A stretch of DNA of 64,000 bases from an uncultured Acidobacteriota bacterium (GTDB lineage: Bacteria; Acidobacteriota; UBA6911): contig CAWEJX010000006.1 in the NCBI GenBank assembly GCA_963809485.1, forward strand, positions 320,001-384,000, in the 5' to 3' direction. Under the pieces are notes generated by a model that was given only the letters and a program-made list of their open reading frames with translations, did no database searches and was not told the DNA's origin. The position numbers and the translations under genes are program-made. Below are positions 32,420-42,419 of this stretch, in pieces. Position 1 is the first letter of the stretch, and every line of letters starts with the position of its first letter.

Positions 32420-35400
32420 ATGCGTACAACCCTATGTGCTTTGGCATGTGTTCTCCTGTGCTTAGGGCTAGCTTACGCGCAAAGCGACAGGGGTACCATT
32501 ACCGGCACCATCACCGATTCTACGGGCGCCACGATCGCCAACGCCACGATTGAGGCAAAGAACACGCAAACCGGCGCTGTGTATAGGGCGGCGAGTTCAG
32601 GAACGGGCAATTACACGCTTGGCCAATTGCCGACGGGCGCCTACCAGCTCACAGCAACGATGAGTGGATTCAAGCAGTTCTTGCGGACAGGCATCTCAGT
32701 CTCAACGGCGCAGGTACTGCGCGTCGATGTGTCGCTTGAGGTGGGTGCCATTACCGAGACAGTCACCGTCAATGCCGATGCTCCTTTGCTGAAAACGGAG
32801 AGCGGCGAGCTAAGCCACGTTGTCACCTCAGACCGGATGGGGGACCTCCCGATGATCAACATCTCCCAGTTCGGCATACGGAATACCTTCTCATCGATCA
32901 ACTTGCTTCCGGGCGCGGGAGAGGTGCAGGTCCCAACCAGCTTTTTTGGCACCGTTCGTGTCAATGGCCTTCCGGGCGGCACGCAGTCTGTCCGGATCGA
33001 AGGTCAGGATGCGACGGAGACTACATGGAGTGCGGCTTACAACATGTCCATGCCCGGCATGGACTCCATTGAAGAGACGGCGATCCAGACCAGCAACTAT
33101 TCTGCCGAATTCGGGCAGGCGGGCGGCGCCATCTACAACATGACCATGCGCTCGGGTACCAACGCTTTTCATGGAAGCGCCTATGAATACCTGAGGAACG
33201 AAGCGCTGAATGCGACTCAGCCCTATAATCACTTCCTGCCCAAGGACAACAGGCACGATTATGGCTTTACCGTAGGAGGGCCGGTAGTCCTTCCCCGTGT
33301 TTACAGTGGGCGCGACAGGCTCTTTTTCTTCTTCAGCTTTGAGCAGAACCGCCAGAAAGTCAGCGTGAACAATACAAACACTATTCCTACCCTGGCTATG
33401 CGCAACGGCGATTTCAGCGATCCTGTTCTGTACACGGGAAAACAGATAGGTACCGACGCGCTAGGCCGGCCAATCTATAACGGCGCGATTTACGATCCGG
33501 CGACGACCCGAACTGTGACTGGAACTTACGGAAGTTACGCCGGTGTGCCCGTAGTCATCAGGGATCCATTTATGGGCTGCGACGGTCAGCATCCGAATGT
33601 GATCTGTTTGACCGGTCCGAACGCCGTGACATTGGATCCGGTCGCGTTGAATTTCCAGTCGTTCCTTCCGGACCCGACAAGCAACGCGCCGACCAACAAC
33701 TACGTTCATGCGTATCCAAACGCGCCGGTCACCTCAATCCCCTCCCTCAAGATGGATTACAACATCAGCTCCAAATTGAAACTATCCGGATCCTGGTCGA
33801 TGACGGACATCTTCGTGCCTTTCCCTGACGGTTTCCCGGCTGAGATTACATCGGAGCGGGATTTGTGGGAAACGACCCATACCGCGAGAATAAACATCGA
33901 CTACACGTTAAAACCGACGATGCTGTTGCACCTGGGCGGCGGCTACATGGGCTTTGAGTTCTATGACCCTTCGCCGACCACCGGGAAGTCCAATAATCTC
34001 GAGGTCTTTGGCTTGCCTGGAACTTACGTCGATATCGTTCCGACCATTAATGGTCTCGCAGGAGCAAATGGAATGGGCATGGGTGTTATGAGCGCCGCCA
34101 TTGGATCCAACTTTGGCCCGAATGCGCAGTCGCATCAATGGGCGCAAAAGCCGACGGCGACGGCAACCCTCAGCTGGGTAAAAGGCAACCACACCTATAA
34201 ATTTGGCGGCGAATTTCGAGCCGAGTCTTACCCGTCCCTGCCCATAACCCCGGCCAACGGTTCCTTCGCTTTTGCAGCGCAGCAGACAGCTCTTCCCTAC
34301 TTGAATGCCACGAGCACGGGGGGCGGTACCATAGGATTTCCCTATGCAAGCTTCCTGCTGGGCGCTGTGAACACCGGCTCGATCGGTCAGTTGGGCAACT
34401 TTCACTTGGGGAAACATTCGGTTGGCCTATTTGCTCAAGATACCTGGAAAGCCACGCGCAAGCTCACGATCGACTACGGGCTGCGTTACGATTACATGAC
34501 CTATATTAAGAACAACGGCATGATTGCGGCGTGGGGGTTTGATGTCCCAAACCCGAAATACGGCAACCTGCCGGGCGCAGCCATCTTTGAAGGGCAAGGG
34601 CAAGGCAAATGCAACTGCGATTTTGCCAGCAACTACCCATACAATTTCGGTCCGCGGCTGGGAATTGCATACCAGATCAATCCAAAGACTGTATTCCGCG
34701 GCGGCATTGGGATGTCCTACGGCCAGACGGCCGTTCTGGAGATGATTAGCCTGGCCGTTGGATCCAACGTCGCCTACGGTCCCGCGACTACATTTGGTCT
34801 GCCCATCACTCAGTTTCAGGACGGACCGCCGATTGTACCGGTATGGCCGAACTACGATCCGGGCCAGATACCGGCCACGCAAGGTGGCGCCCCTCCCGCC
34901 GGTGCCATCGATCCTCATGCAGGCTATCCGCCGAGGTTTTTAATGTGGAGCGTCGGGATTCAGCGGGAACTCTCAAAGGATATGGTCATCGATGTTTCCT
35001 ACGTGGGCAACCGCGGGGCATGGTGGAATTCGGAGAATGTGCTCACAGACCCCAACAGGGTGACAGAGGCGATATTAAAGGCGCACAATTTCGACCCGAC
35101 GCTTACCAACACAACGGATAATAGCGTGCTGCTCCAGCAATTCAGCACCCTCACTCCGGAACAGATGGCTCATTACAACTTGACACTGCCCTATGCAGGC
35201 TTCAGGGGCACCGTTTCCCAGTCGCTGCGGCCGTACCCGCACGCCGGCAGCCTCAACATCAGATGGGCGCCGCTGGGCAACACCTGGTATGACGCGCTGC
35301 AGATAAAGTTCACCAAACGGTATTCTCACGGGCTCAGCGCGACGGCCAGCTACAGTTTTCAGAAAGAATTGGTTGTAGGAACCGATACTCAAAATCCGGC

Positions 35401-36091
35401 TTTTATGGTTCCTGCTCCTGTAATCAAGCTGGATGACCTGAGGTTTAACAAGACTATCTCGGGCTTATCGATCCCACATCGCATCGTCATCGCTGCAAAC
35501 TACCTGACTCCCAAGGCCAATGTGTACGAGCCATTGTCGTGGCTGATGAGGGATTGGCAGCTTGGGGCATATCTTGTCTATCGATCCGGATATGTGATTA
35601 TGGCTCCCACAGCGCAAAACACTCCCAATCCGGCTCAACTGCTGTCACTCACCGGATCCGCCGTCCATGCGACCGGCAAAGCCGCATACGCCGAGCGGGT
35701 TCCGGGAGTGTCTTTGTACACCGAAGACATTAACTCCCACTGGGATCCCTTCAAGACGTTTATTCTGAACGATGACGCGTGGACCCATCCGCCTGCGGGC
35801 CAATTCGGCTACGGCGTCCCATATTACAACGATTACCGGTATCGCCGGGTCGCCACCGAAAACATGAGCCTTGCGCGGATCTTCAGGATGAAGGAATATG
35901 CGAATCTGGAGCTTCGTGTTGAAATGCAAAACCTGTTCAACCGGACCGCGATTCCCAATCCCACCATCCAGCTGAATGTGCCGCAGACGATGAATAGCCA
36001 GGGCCAGCCAACAGCCGGCTACGGCTATTCCAACGCGATTAACGCCGGGGGCCAGCGAACCGGTCAGATAGTCGCCAAAATCAGGTTCTAG
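32420..36091 (+). CDS. Oar-type TonB-dependent receptor with an N-terminal carboxypeptidase-regulatory-like domain
   Basis: Signal peptide, GTITGTITDSTGA, QTSNYSAEFG, SGTNAFHGSAYEYLRNE, FAQDTWK..KLTIDYGLRYD, NFGPRLG and C-terminal KIRF. Confidence 0.92.
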   Translation: MRTTLCALACVLLCLGLAYAQSDRGTITGTITDSTGATIANATIEAKNTQTGAVYRAASSGTGNYTLGQLPTGAYQLTATMSGFKQFLRTGISVSTAQVLRVDVSLEVGAITETVTVNADAPLLKTESGELSHVVTSDRMGDLPMINISQFGIRNTFSSINLLPGAGEVQVPTSFFGTVRVNGLPGGTQSVRIEGQDATETTWSAAYNMSMPGMDSIEETAIQTSNYSAEFGQAGGAIYNMTMRSGTNAFHGSAYEYLRNEALNATQPYNHFLPKDNRHDYGFTVGGPVVLPRVYSGRDRLFFFFSFEQNRQKVSVNNTNTIPTLAMRNGDFSDPVLYTGKQIGTDALGRPIYNGAIYDPATTRTVTGTYGSYAGVPVVIRDPFMGCDGQHPNVICLTGPNAVTLDPVALNFQSFLPDPTSNAPTNNYVHAYPNAPVTSIPSLKMDYNISSKLKLSGSWSMTDIFVPFPDGFPAEITSERDLWETTHTARINIDYTLKPTMLLHLGGGYMGFEFYDPSPTTGKSNNLEVFGLPGTYVDIVPTINGLAGANGMGMGVMSAAIGSNFGPNAQSHQWAQKPTATATLSWVKGNHTYKFGGEFRAESYPSLPITPANGSFAFAAQQTALPYLNATSTGGGTIGFPYASFLLGAVNTGSIGQLGNFHLGKHSVGLFAQDTWKATRKLTIDYGLRYDYMTYIKNNGMIAAWGFDVPNPKYGNLPGAAIFEGQGQGKCNCDFASNYPYNFGPRLGIAYQINPKTVFRGGIGMSYGQTAVLEMISLAVGSNVAYGPATTFGLPITQFQDGPPIVPVWPNYDPGQIPATQGGAPPAGAIDPHAGYPPRFLMWSVGIQRELSKDMVIDVSYVGNRGAWWNSENVLTDPNRVTEAILKAHNFDPTLTNTTDNSVLLQQFSTLTPEQMAHYNLTLPYAGFRGTVSQSLRPYPHAGSLNIRWAPLGNTWYDALQIKFTKRYSHGLSATASYSFQKELVVGTDTQNPAFMVPAPVIKLDDLRFNKTISGLSIPHRIVIAANYLTPKANVYEPLSWLMRDWQLGAYLVYRSGYVIMAPTAQNTPNPAQLLSLTGSAVHATGKAAYAERVPGVSLYTEDINSHWDPFKTFILNDDAWTHPPAGQFGYGVPYYNDYRYRRVATENMSLARIFRMKEYANLELRVEMQNLFNRTAIPNPTIQLNVPQTMNSQGQPTAGYGYSNAINAGGQRTGQIVAKIRF

Positions 36092-36118
36092 CTGAGCATC
36101 ACTGCATGCACAAGCCCC

Positions 36119-36150
36119 GCCGCCCCGGGTTCCCTGGCACCCGGGGCGGC
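36119..36150 (+). terminator. Strong GC hairpin downstream of the TonB receptor
   Basis: GCCGCCCCGGGT-8 nt-ACCCGGGGCGGC perfect 12-bp stem; no clear U-tract. Confidence 0.55.
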
Positions 36151-36668
36151 GCATCCGCGAAAAATGCAGCAAGCGACGGCATCCTCTGCCGCGTTTGATA
36201 ATTTCCTTTTCGAACTGGAACAAATGCAGCCTCAGAACGCATGCCAGCGCAAAACGCTGGCCTCTCGAGGCATCGGAAGCGCCTCATCGGCTTTTGCCCG
36301 CGTGAGTCAGCGTTCAAGACCGGCGTAACTAGTCCAACCGCTTTGAGCGGTTTAAATCTTTCAAGCCGGCTTTGCCGGAGGTACCTGACTTATGCCGGCC
36401 GGATACAGGAGATGAAGGGTATACGAGATTCGATAGCCTACGGTGTTGTCCTGCCGGAAGAACAGGCCCGGATGTTTAAGATGTTTAAACAGGGGAAACA
36501 GGAATTCCTGTCGATGCTGCCGGGATCTTTCTCTCCGGTCAGGCGCTGATACGGCCGGGCGACGGCATTCAATTAGCCTGCATTTCTACCAGGATTTTCG
36601 CGCATCTCCGTGGACTTGTTCTGCGGAGATGCGCGCCGATCCATGTCCGCTTCGTCATGCACTCCGGT

Positions 36669-37304
36669 TTACCGCACCTCGATGGAAGTAATTTCGTCGT
36701 TGAACCCCCCCAGGTTCGGCACGTTGCCATTGTAAGCCCTGCGGTCGCCCCCAAAACCCTCATGCTCGTAAGCGACTACGCGGGCGCCGCCGAGAACCCG
36801 TATGGAAGAAATCCTGTCGTTATAGCGATCCCCGATGTTCCATTGACGCCCATTGCCGTTGATGCAGAAATAGTCTCCCCCGTAATCGGAATCCGTATAG
36901 AAACACGCCCCGTCTCGAGGTTGGTTGCCGCGGCCCCAGTTTCCGTATTGCCCTTCGTACCTTCCATCGTACGGGCCTTCATAGCGTTCTCCGTACCGTC
37001 CATCGTATCTGCGGCCGCGATCCCGTCGATAATTCTCGAAGTCGTCCCGCTCCCAGCGGTTTGCCTTCGCCCATTCCTTGTATTGCTTCTTCCGGTATTT
37101 CAGGTATTCCCGCCATTCTTTTTCGCGCTCCCGGTCGGCTTCCCGCATCTCTTTCTCATGGTCATACTCCCGATATTGTTTCTCCGCTTCGCGGCTGTTT
37201 TTCGAACGCCCGTCCAGCCCCTGGTTGCGGTCGAAGGTGAAAACCGGAGCTGAGCCCATCAGAAGCACAATAGCAGAAATCCAAAGCCATGGTTTTATGC
37301 GCAT
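36669..37304 (-). CDS. Secreted protein with a charged low-complexity region and a C-terminal beta/gamma-crystallin (I36-like) domain
   Basis: GACFYTDSDYGG, NDRISSIRV, YEHEGFGG and NDEITSIEV crystallin motifs; RBS AGGAGG. Confidence 0.8.
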   Translation of the reverse strand: MRIKPWLWISAIVLLMGSAPVFTFDRNQGLDGRSKNSREAEKQYREYDHEKEMREADREREKEWREYLKYRKKQYKEWAKANRWERDDFENYRRDRGRRYDGRYGERYEGPYDGRYEGQYGNWGRGNQPRDGACFYTDSDYGGDYFCINGNGRQWNIGDRYNDRISSIRVLGGARVVAYEHEGFGGDRRAYNGNVPNLGGFNDEITSIEVR

Positions 37305-37565
37305 TTTGGTGTCCTCCTGGCGTTTCCCTAAAACCATTCCTGACAGAACAGATGAAGCGCCGCTCAAAATGTTTCAGAATGACGGGAGACTCAAAAGATC
37401 GAGGACCCTCGAGCTGAGACCTGCGACTTGCGACCGGGATGTCGGTACAAAATGCAGTTGGCTTTCGCGAGGGCAGGGGGCTATGGTAGGCAATGCGCCG
37501 CCCATGCATGGACAAGAGGACGAAGATGAGGGGCGACTACGGGTGGCGTCGGCAGGAGGACACAC

Positions 37566-38084
37566 ATGGCGGCTGCCAAGATTATCATCGCGTTTTTCGT
37601 CTGTTCCTTTCTGATCGCGGGAACGGGCTGCAGTACGGCGGAGAAACAGGAATCGCCTGAGGGGATTGGGAGCGCTCCAAGCAGGTCAGAGGTACATAGC
37701 CGGGCGGATTTCGATACCTACCTGGCCAAATTCAACAGCCGCGACTACCAGGGTTTCCTGGACTATTTCGCCGACAATTTCGAAATGATCCATGTCGGCG
37801 GAAGCCTGAGAAGCCGGGAAGAAGTGATGAAGTTCTACAAATTCCTCCACAGCTATATCAGGGAAACGGTCATGGTCGACCGTCTCGTCATGGACCGGGA
37901 CACGATTGCGATGGAAGCGCGGGTTCGGATCGAGGGAATCAGGGAATTGACGCCGGAAAGCGTCGCCGCCTCGGATTACCCGCGGCTGAAATCCCTTAAA
38001 GTGGGTCAGAAGGCCATCATTCCGCAGTTCATCCACTACCACATCGTCAACGGAAAATTCGTCAAAGTGGAGTGCAAGGAGTAG
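37566..38084 (+). CDS. NTF2/SnoaL-like lipoprotein
   Basis: Lipobox GTG-C; YLAKFNSRDY..LDYFAD and IHYHIVNGKF motifs. Confidence 0.78.
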   Translation: MAAAKIIIAFFVCSFLIAGTGCSTAEKQESPEGIGSAPSRSEVHSRADFDTYLAKFNSRDYQGFLDYFADNFEMIHVGGSLRSREEVMKFYKFLHSYIRETVMVDRLVMDRDTIAMEARVRIEGIRELTPESVAASDYPRLKSLKVGQKAIIPQFIHYHIVNGKFVKVECKE

Positions 38085-38098
38085 ATAGCCTCATTACA

Positions 38099-38178
38099 AA
38101 AACGCTGACGAACCCTGATCCATGAAATCATGTCTCTTTCGGCGTCCGTCAGCCAGTGTCAGCGTGCCTCAGCGTTAT
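38099..38178. repeat. ACGCTGAC-family REP-like palindrome between convergent genes
   Basis: aacgctgacgaaccctga...tcggcgtccgtcagccagtgtcagcgtgcctcagcgtt. Confidence 0.65.
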
Positions 38179-38258
38179 TTGATCGTTGGAATGTCGGCAT
38201 CCATAGAGGCAGAACTTTTTATATCCAGCTCTCCAGGGATCAAAGCAACTTACAGGGA

Positions 38259-39477
38259 TTACGAAGAAGACTTGTTTGTGCGCTTGTCGCCATGGAATCC
38301 GGCCAGGCCCAGCAGGGTGCAGGCTGCTGCAATCGGCCACATTACATTAAATCCCCATTGCTGGCTGATGATACCGAGCAGGATGGAGCCTGTGGAAACG
38401 CCCGCATCCATCCCTGTGTAGTAGGTGCCTGTGGCAAGCCCACGCTGCTCGGGCCGTACCCGGTCGATAAGCAGGGCCATGGTCGCGGGCTGGGCCGCGC
38501 CGAAACCGAGTCCGAAGAGAGAAGCCGAAATCACGAAAATGGGCAATCCCTGGGCAAAAGGCAGCAGCAGCAAGGCTACGGTAGCGGCAATGATACCCGG
38601 CACGATGGTGGCGGCCCGGCCGTACCGGTCTGCCAGACGTCCGGCGAACATCCTGGAGACCAGCAGGGCCAGGGCCTGGACCATGAAAAAGAATCCGGGA
38701 TTTTGGACTCCGCGCGACTGGGCGAAAATCGAGACAAAAGCGCTGACTGCCCCGAAGGCCATGCCCATGCAGAGCGCTATCCAGGCTATCGGCAGGGCAT
38801 CGATGGCCACGATGCCCGTGCGCGGGGACCAGCGCTCCCGCTTGACCTCCCACGGCTTGCGCCGTTCGCGCGCGAGCAGGGAGATGAGGAAAGCGGTAAA
38901 TCCCAATCCCCCCGGAAAAGTAAAACAGGAACCGGAAGCCTACCGCCCGAATGAGCATAAAGCCGACGACGGGACCGACGATGAGACCGATGGCCTGCGC
39001 GGCGGCGAAAAATCCGACGGCCTCAGCCCTTCGCCTGAGCGGGGCTATATCGGCTACGTAAACCGTGGACGCCGTAGTGTAGCAGCTCAGCCCGAAGCCG
39101 TGCACAAACCGCCCGACCAGCAGGAGCGGGATGGAATTCGCCAGAAGGTAGAAAATGCTGGCAAACCCATAGCAGGATGTTCCGATCAGCACCAGCGGGC
39201 GGCGGCGCCAGGCGTCAGTCAGCCAGCCCATGAATGGGCGGAAGAGCAGGGCCGTAATCGCTAGCGAACCGCTTACCAGGCCGGCGGAGGCCTGGTTGCC
39301 GCCCAGGCTTATGACGTAAACGGGGAGCGTGGCAACCAGCATCTGCATTCCGAAGGAATTGGCGAAGTTGGCCACTGTAACCGAAATGAAATCCGGGGTG
39401 AAGAGGCGTTCGTCGACAACATCCTCAACGGATGCATGCTGAAAATCGTGCCCTGGATCCAACCTCTCTGTCGTCAA
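38259..39477 (-). CDS. MFS transporter, frameshift near 38910
   Basis: N-terminal half (GWLTDAWRRR) is in ORF 38347..39477 and C-terminal half (GRLADRYGR) is in ORF 38259..38906. Confidence 0.85.
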
Positions 39478-39686
39478 TCGCCGGTTTTCTCGTCGTGTCG
39501 TTCATGCCCGGATGATGTCTCCCTATTGCGTTGCGCAGTCCGAACCCTCTCTCTCTGCGAGGCGTGCCTTGCGCGGCCGATGTATGGCAGGTCTGGTTTT
39601 GCCTGTCAATGGATATTTCCAATTGGAACAACGGAATGACTCCCGGATTCCTATGCGTCGGACCCCGGATCGAACGCTAATCAGGA

Positions 39687-39728
39687 TACATTATTGTTGC
39701 CAAACTTCATCAAAACTACATTTATGAA
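39687..39728. promoter_or_regulatory. Tandem TACA-N4-TGTA-like sites (orphan copy)
   Basis: TACATTATTGTT (39687) and TACATTTATGAA (39717), 30 bp apart, matching the pairs upstream of glnA and amtB. Confidence 0.5.
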
Positions 39729-39831
39729 ATATTTCTTTGGCAACAAGGCAGTTTTACCTGGGGAACTGAGGAGCTTTGACGGTTGCCGTGTGATCGGATG
39801 TGCGGCGGAAGTGGCACGGCAACGACGCCTC

Positions 39832-39916
39832 AAGCTGTAAGCGCAGACAAAGCACTGTAACGCTGATATTTGCCTTCCACTAATTCGGGGTCAGCGTATA
39901 TCAGCGCTACAGCGTC
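39832..39916. repeat. ACGCTGAC-family REP-like palindrome
   Basis: agcgcagacaaagcactgtaacgctgatat...gtcagcgtatatcagcgctacagcgt. Confidence 0.6.
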
Positions 39917-40239
39917 CGGAATTCATGAAAATTCTTCAGCAGCTTCAAGCCTCGGCTGCTGACTATGGATCCAGGACAAGCTCATGTTTCGAGCACTCGA
40001 TAAACAGTATTTCCCACTAAGTCGGCTGCGGCCAGAACTTATTGTTCATGACGCACTCCAATTTGTCGACCGACTAGCGCACCCTCACCATTACAGGAAT
40101 ATAGGATACTTGACTGTAGATTCTCTTTTGGACAAGAGTTATATTTGTAATAACACTGTATTCTCAATGCATTGCCATTCAATTAGCCTGTCAGTCAAGC
40201 ATCCCCATTAACGGAAACGTTTAAGCAAACAGCAAACCA

Positions 40240-41651
40240 CTACGCATCGTAATACAGATGGAACTCATGCGGATGCGGCCGCAGAGCCATCTCGTCGAGT
40301 TCCTTTTCCCGCTTCCACTGAATCCACGTCTCGATGAGGTCGTCGGTAAATACGTCGCCCTCAGTCAGGAATTTATGGTCCTTCTCCAGAGCGTCGATTG
40401 CTTCCGCGAGTGAGCCGGGTGCCTTTTTGGTCTTTGCCAGCTCTGCCTTGGAAAGCTCATACACATCAACGTCCATCGGCTTACCCGGGTCGAGTTTGCG
40501 TTTGATGCCGTCGTTGGCGGCCATAAGCATCGCGGCGAAAGTCAGGTAGCCGTTGCAGCTCGGGTCCGGGCAGCGGAACTCAACGCGTTTTGCCTTTGGA
40601 CTTGGTGAGTACATCGGGATACGGCAGGCGGCTGACCGGTTGCGTGCCGACATACAAAGATTTACCGGCGCCTCGAAACCAGGCACGAGGCGACGATATG
40701 AGTTTGTCGTCGGTGCCGCGAAAGCCAGAATGGCCGGGGCGTGATGGATAAGCCCGGCAATCGCGTGCATAGCCATATCTGAAAGACCTGCATAGCCCTT
40801 TCCGGCGAACAGGTTGACGCCTTTCTTCCAGAGCGAGAAGTGCGTGTGCATACCGGAGCCGTTGTCCTGGAATATCGGCTTGGGCATAAACGTCGCCGTC
40901 TTGCCGTGACGTTTGGCCACGTTCTTGACGATGTATTTATACCACATCAGCTTGTCGGCCTGCTCGACTAACGGTGCGTAAAGCATATCGATTTCGGCCT
41001 GACCGCCGGTGGCGACTTCGTGATGGTGCTTCTCAATCACGATGCCGACCTTCTGCATTTCCTCGACCATTTCGGTGCGGATATCCTGCTGAGTATCGGT
41101 CGGGCTTACCGGGAAATAACCGCCCTTGTATGACGGCTTATATCCGAGGTTTGGCTCCTCGAAACGGGCGGTGTTCCATGACCCTTCCGATGAATCGATT
41201 GAATACATACCGGTATGCTGATTCTGCTCATAGCGGACTTCGTCGAAGATAAAGAATTCCGGCTCAGGGCCGTAATAAGCGGTATCCGCCAATCCGGTGC
41301 TTTTCGCGAATTCAGCCGCTTTCTTGGCGATATTGCGCGGGTCGCGATTGTATTCTTCGCGAGTCATCGGATCGACCACGTCCGCCAGGACGCTCATTGT
41401 CGGCTTTGCGAAAAACGAGTCCATTACCACGGTGCTCAGGTCCGGAACCGCCATCATGTCCGACTGGTGAATTGGTTTCCAGCCGCGGATTGATGAGCCG
41501 TCGAAACCAAGACCTTCCTCTAAGGTCTTTGCGTCGAGGAACTCAATTGGGAAGGTGCAGTGCTGCCATGTGCCAAGAAGATCGACGAACTTCAAGTCCA
41601 CCTCCCGGCATTGTTCTTTTTTGCGAAATCAAAAAATTCTTTTGGAGTCAT
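40240..41651 (-). CDS. glnA: Type I glutamine synthetase (GSI-beta), frameshift near 41605
   Basis: [43 protein letters not shown] and RVEFRCPD motifs, plus the adenylylation-site Tyr (DVYEL). The true start MTPKEFF at 41651 (RBS GAGGTG) is one base out of frame. Confidence 0.96.
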
Positions 41652-41928
41652 TTGTTCACCTCTCAAAATAAATTGGGTTGCTATGGTTTTTTGCCATTCG
41701 ATGCAAAACACTTTTGAGACTTATGCAGCAAGGCATATGCTATTCTCATTGAACACATTCGATTTAGATAAAAGCTTTGATAGCCTTCATGAGACATCCA
41801 GCGGCCTTTTATCGGCCTAGATTTTAGCGCCATTGATTGCATCACTCCGCCAGTCTCTCATCCATTCAAATCCTGCCAGCCTTTGAGGCTTTATCCCAAA
41901 TGGATAATCCTGTTCCGATAGATCCGTA

Positions 41929-41945
41929 TGCAAACAAAAAGCCAA
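41929..41945 (-). promoter_or_regulatory. Putative sigma54 (-24/-12) promoter for glnA
   Basis: TTGGCTTTTTGTTTGCA on the minus strand (GG-N10-GC), 90-130 bp downstream of the tandem palindromes. Confidence 0.6.
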
Positions 41946-42034
41946 AATTCAGGTTTCCGAATATTTATCTTTTAAACATAACTGAATCAATGGTTTGGAC
42001 GGCTTGGTCAAAACAGGCCAAGGCAAGGCAGAAT

Positions 42035-42077
42035 TACATTATTGTATAAATTATATTGTCATATTTACAAATATGTG
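42035..42077. promoter_or_regulatory. Tandem enhancer-like palindromes upstream of glnA
   Basis: TACATTATTGTA (42035-42046) and TACAAATATGTG (42066-42077), 31 bp apart. Confidence 0.65.
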
Positions 42078-42354
42078 CCTAATTCCCAATCGCGACTGTT
42101 TCCGGATGATCGAGCAGCAGTTTTGAACAAGCAACGATATCCCTGGAGCCTGGAGCGCGTGCATTCTCGCCTATCGGGACCACAGAATCCCAAAGAAATG
42201 GCCAAGATGTATGGCTGTGGAGCAGCGGCGTATTAGCCTTCTGTCAATGCGGGCCAACATGCTCATGTTTCTCGGACGGATTTTGCCAGTCCAAACTTGG
42301 CGCTTTATCACCAGATTCCAGCACGCCATTAACTCCAATACTGAGAATTAATTC

Positions 42355-42410
42355 TTGACCTCAGGCTACTGCATATATAGCATTGACAATCATTGAATAT
42401 TATTGGAGCT
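42355..42410 (+). promoter_or_regulatory. Sigma70-type promoter of pyrG-carA-carB overlapped by three 10-bp-period direct repeats
   Basis: TTGACC (42355)-17 bp-TAGCAT (42378); repeats CATTGACAAT/CATTGAATAT/TATTGGAGCT at 42381-42410. Confidence 0.55.
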
Positions 42411-42419
42411 TTTAGGGTC

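Noticed and set aside
36241-36549. 102-aa ORF between the TonB receptor and the crystallin gene
   Set aside because: It has no recognisable motif or RBS. It may be a gene remnant but cannot be supported.
41727-41742. Second, proximal sigma54-like site for glnA (TAGCATATGCCTTGCT)
   Set aside because: The invariant GG at -24 is AG, and the site is far from the enhancer pair.
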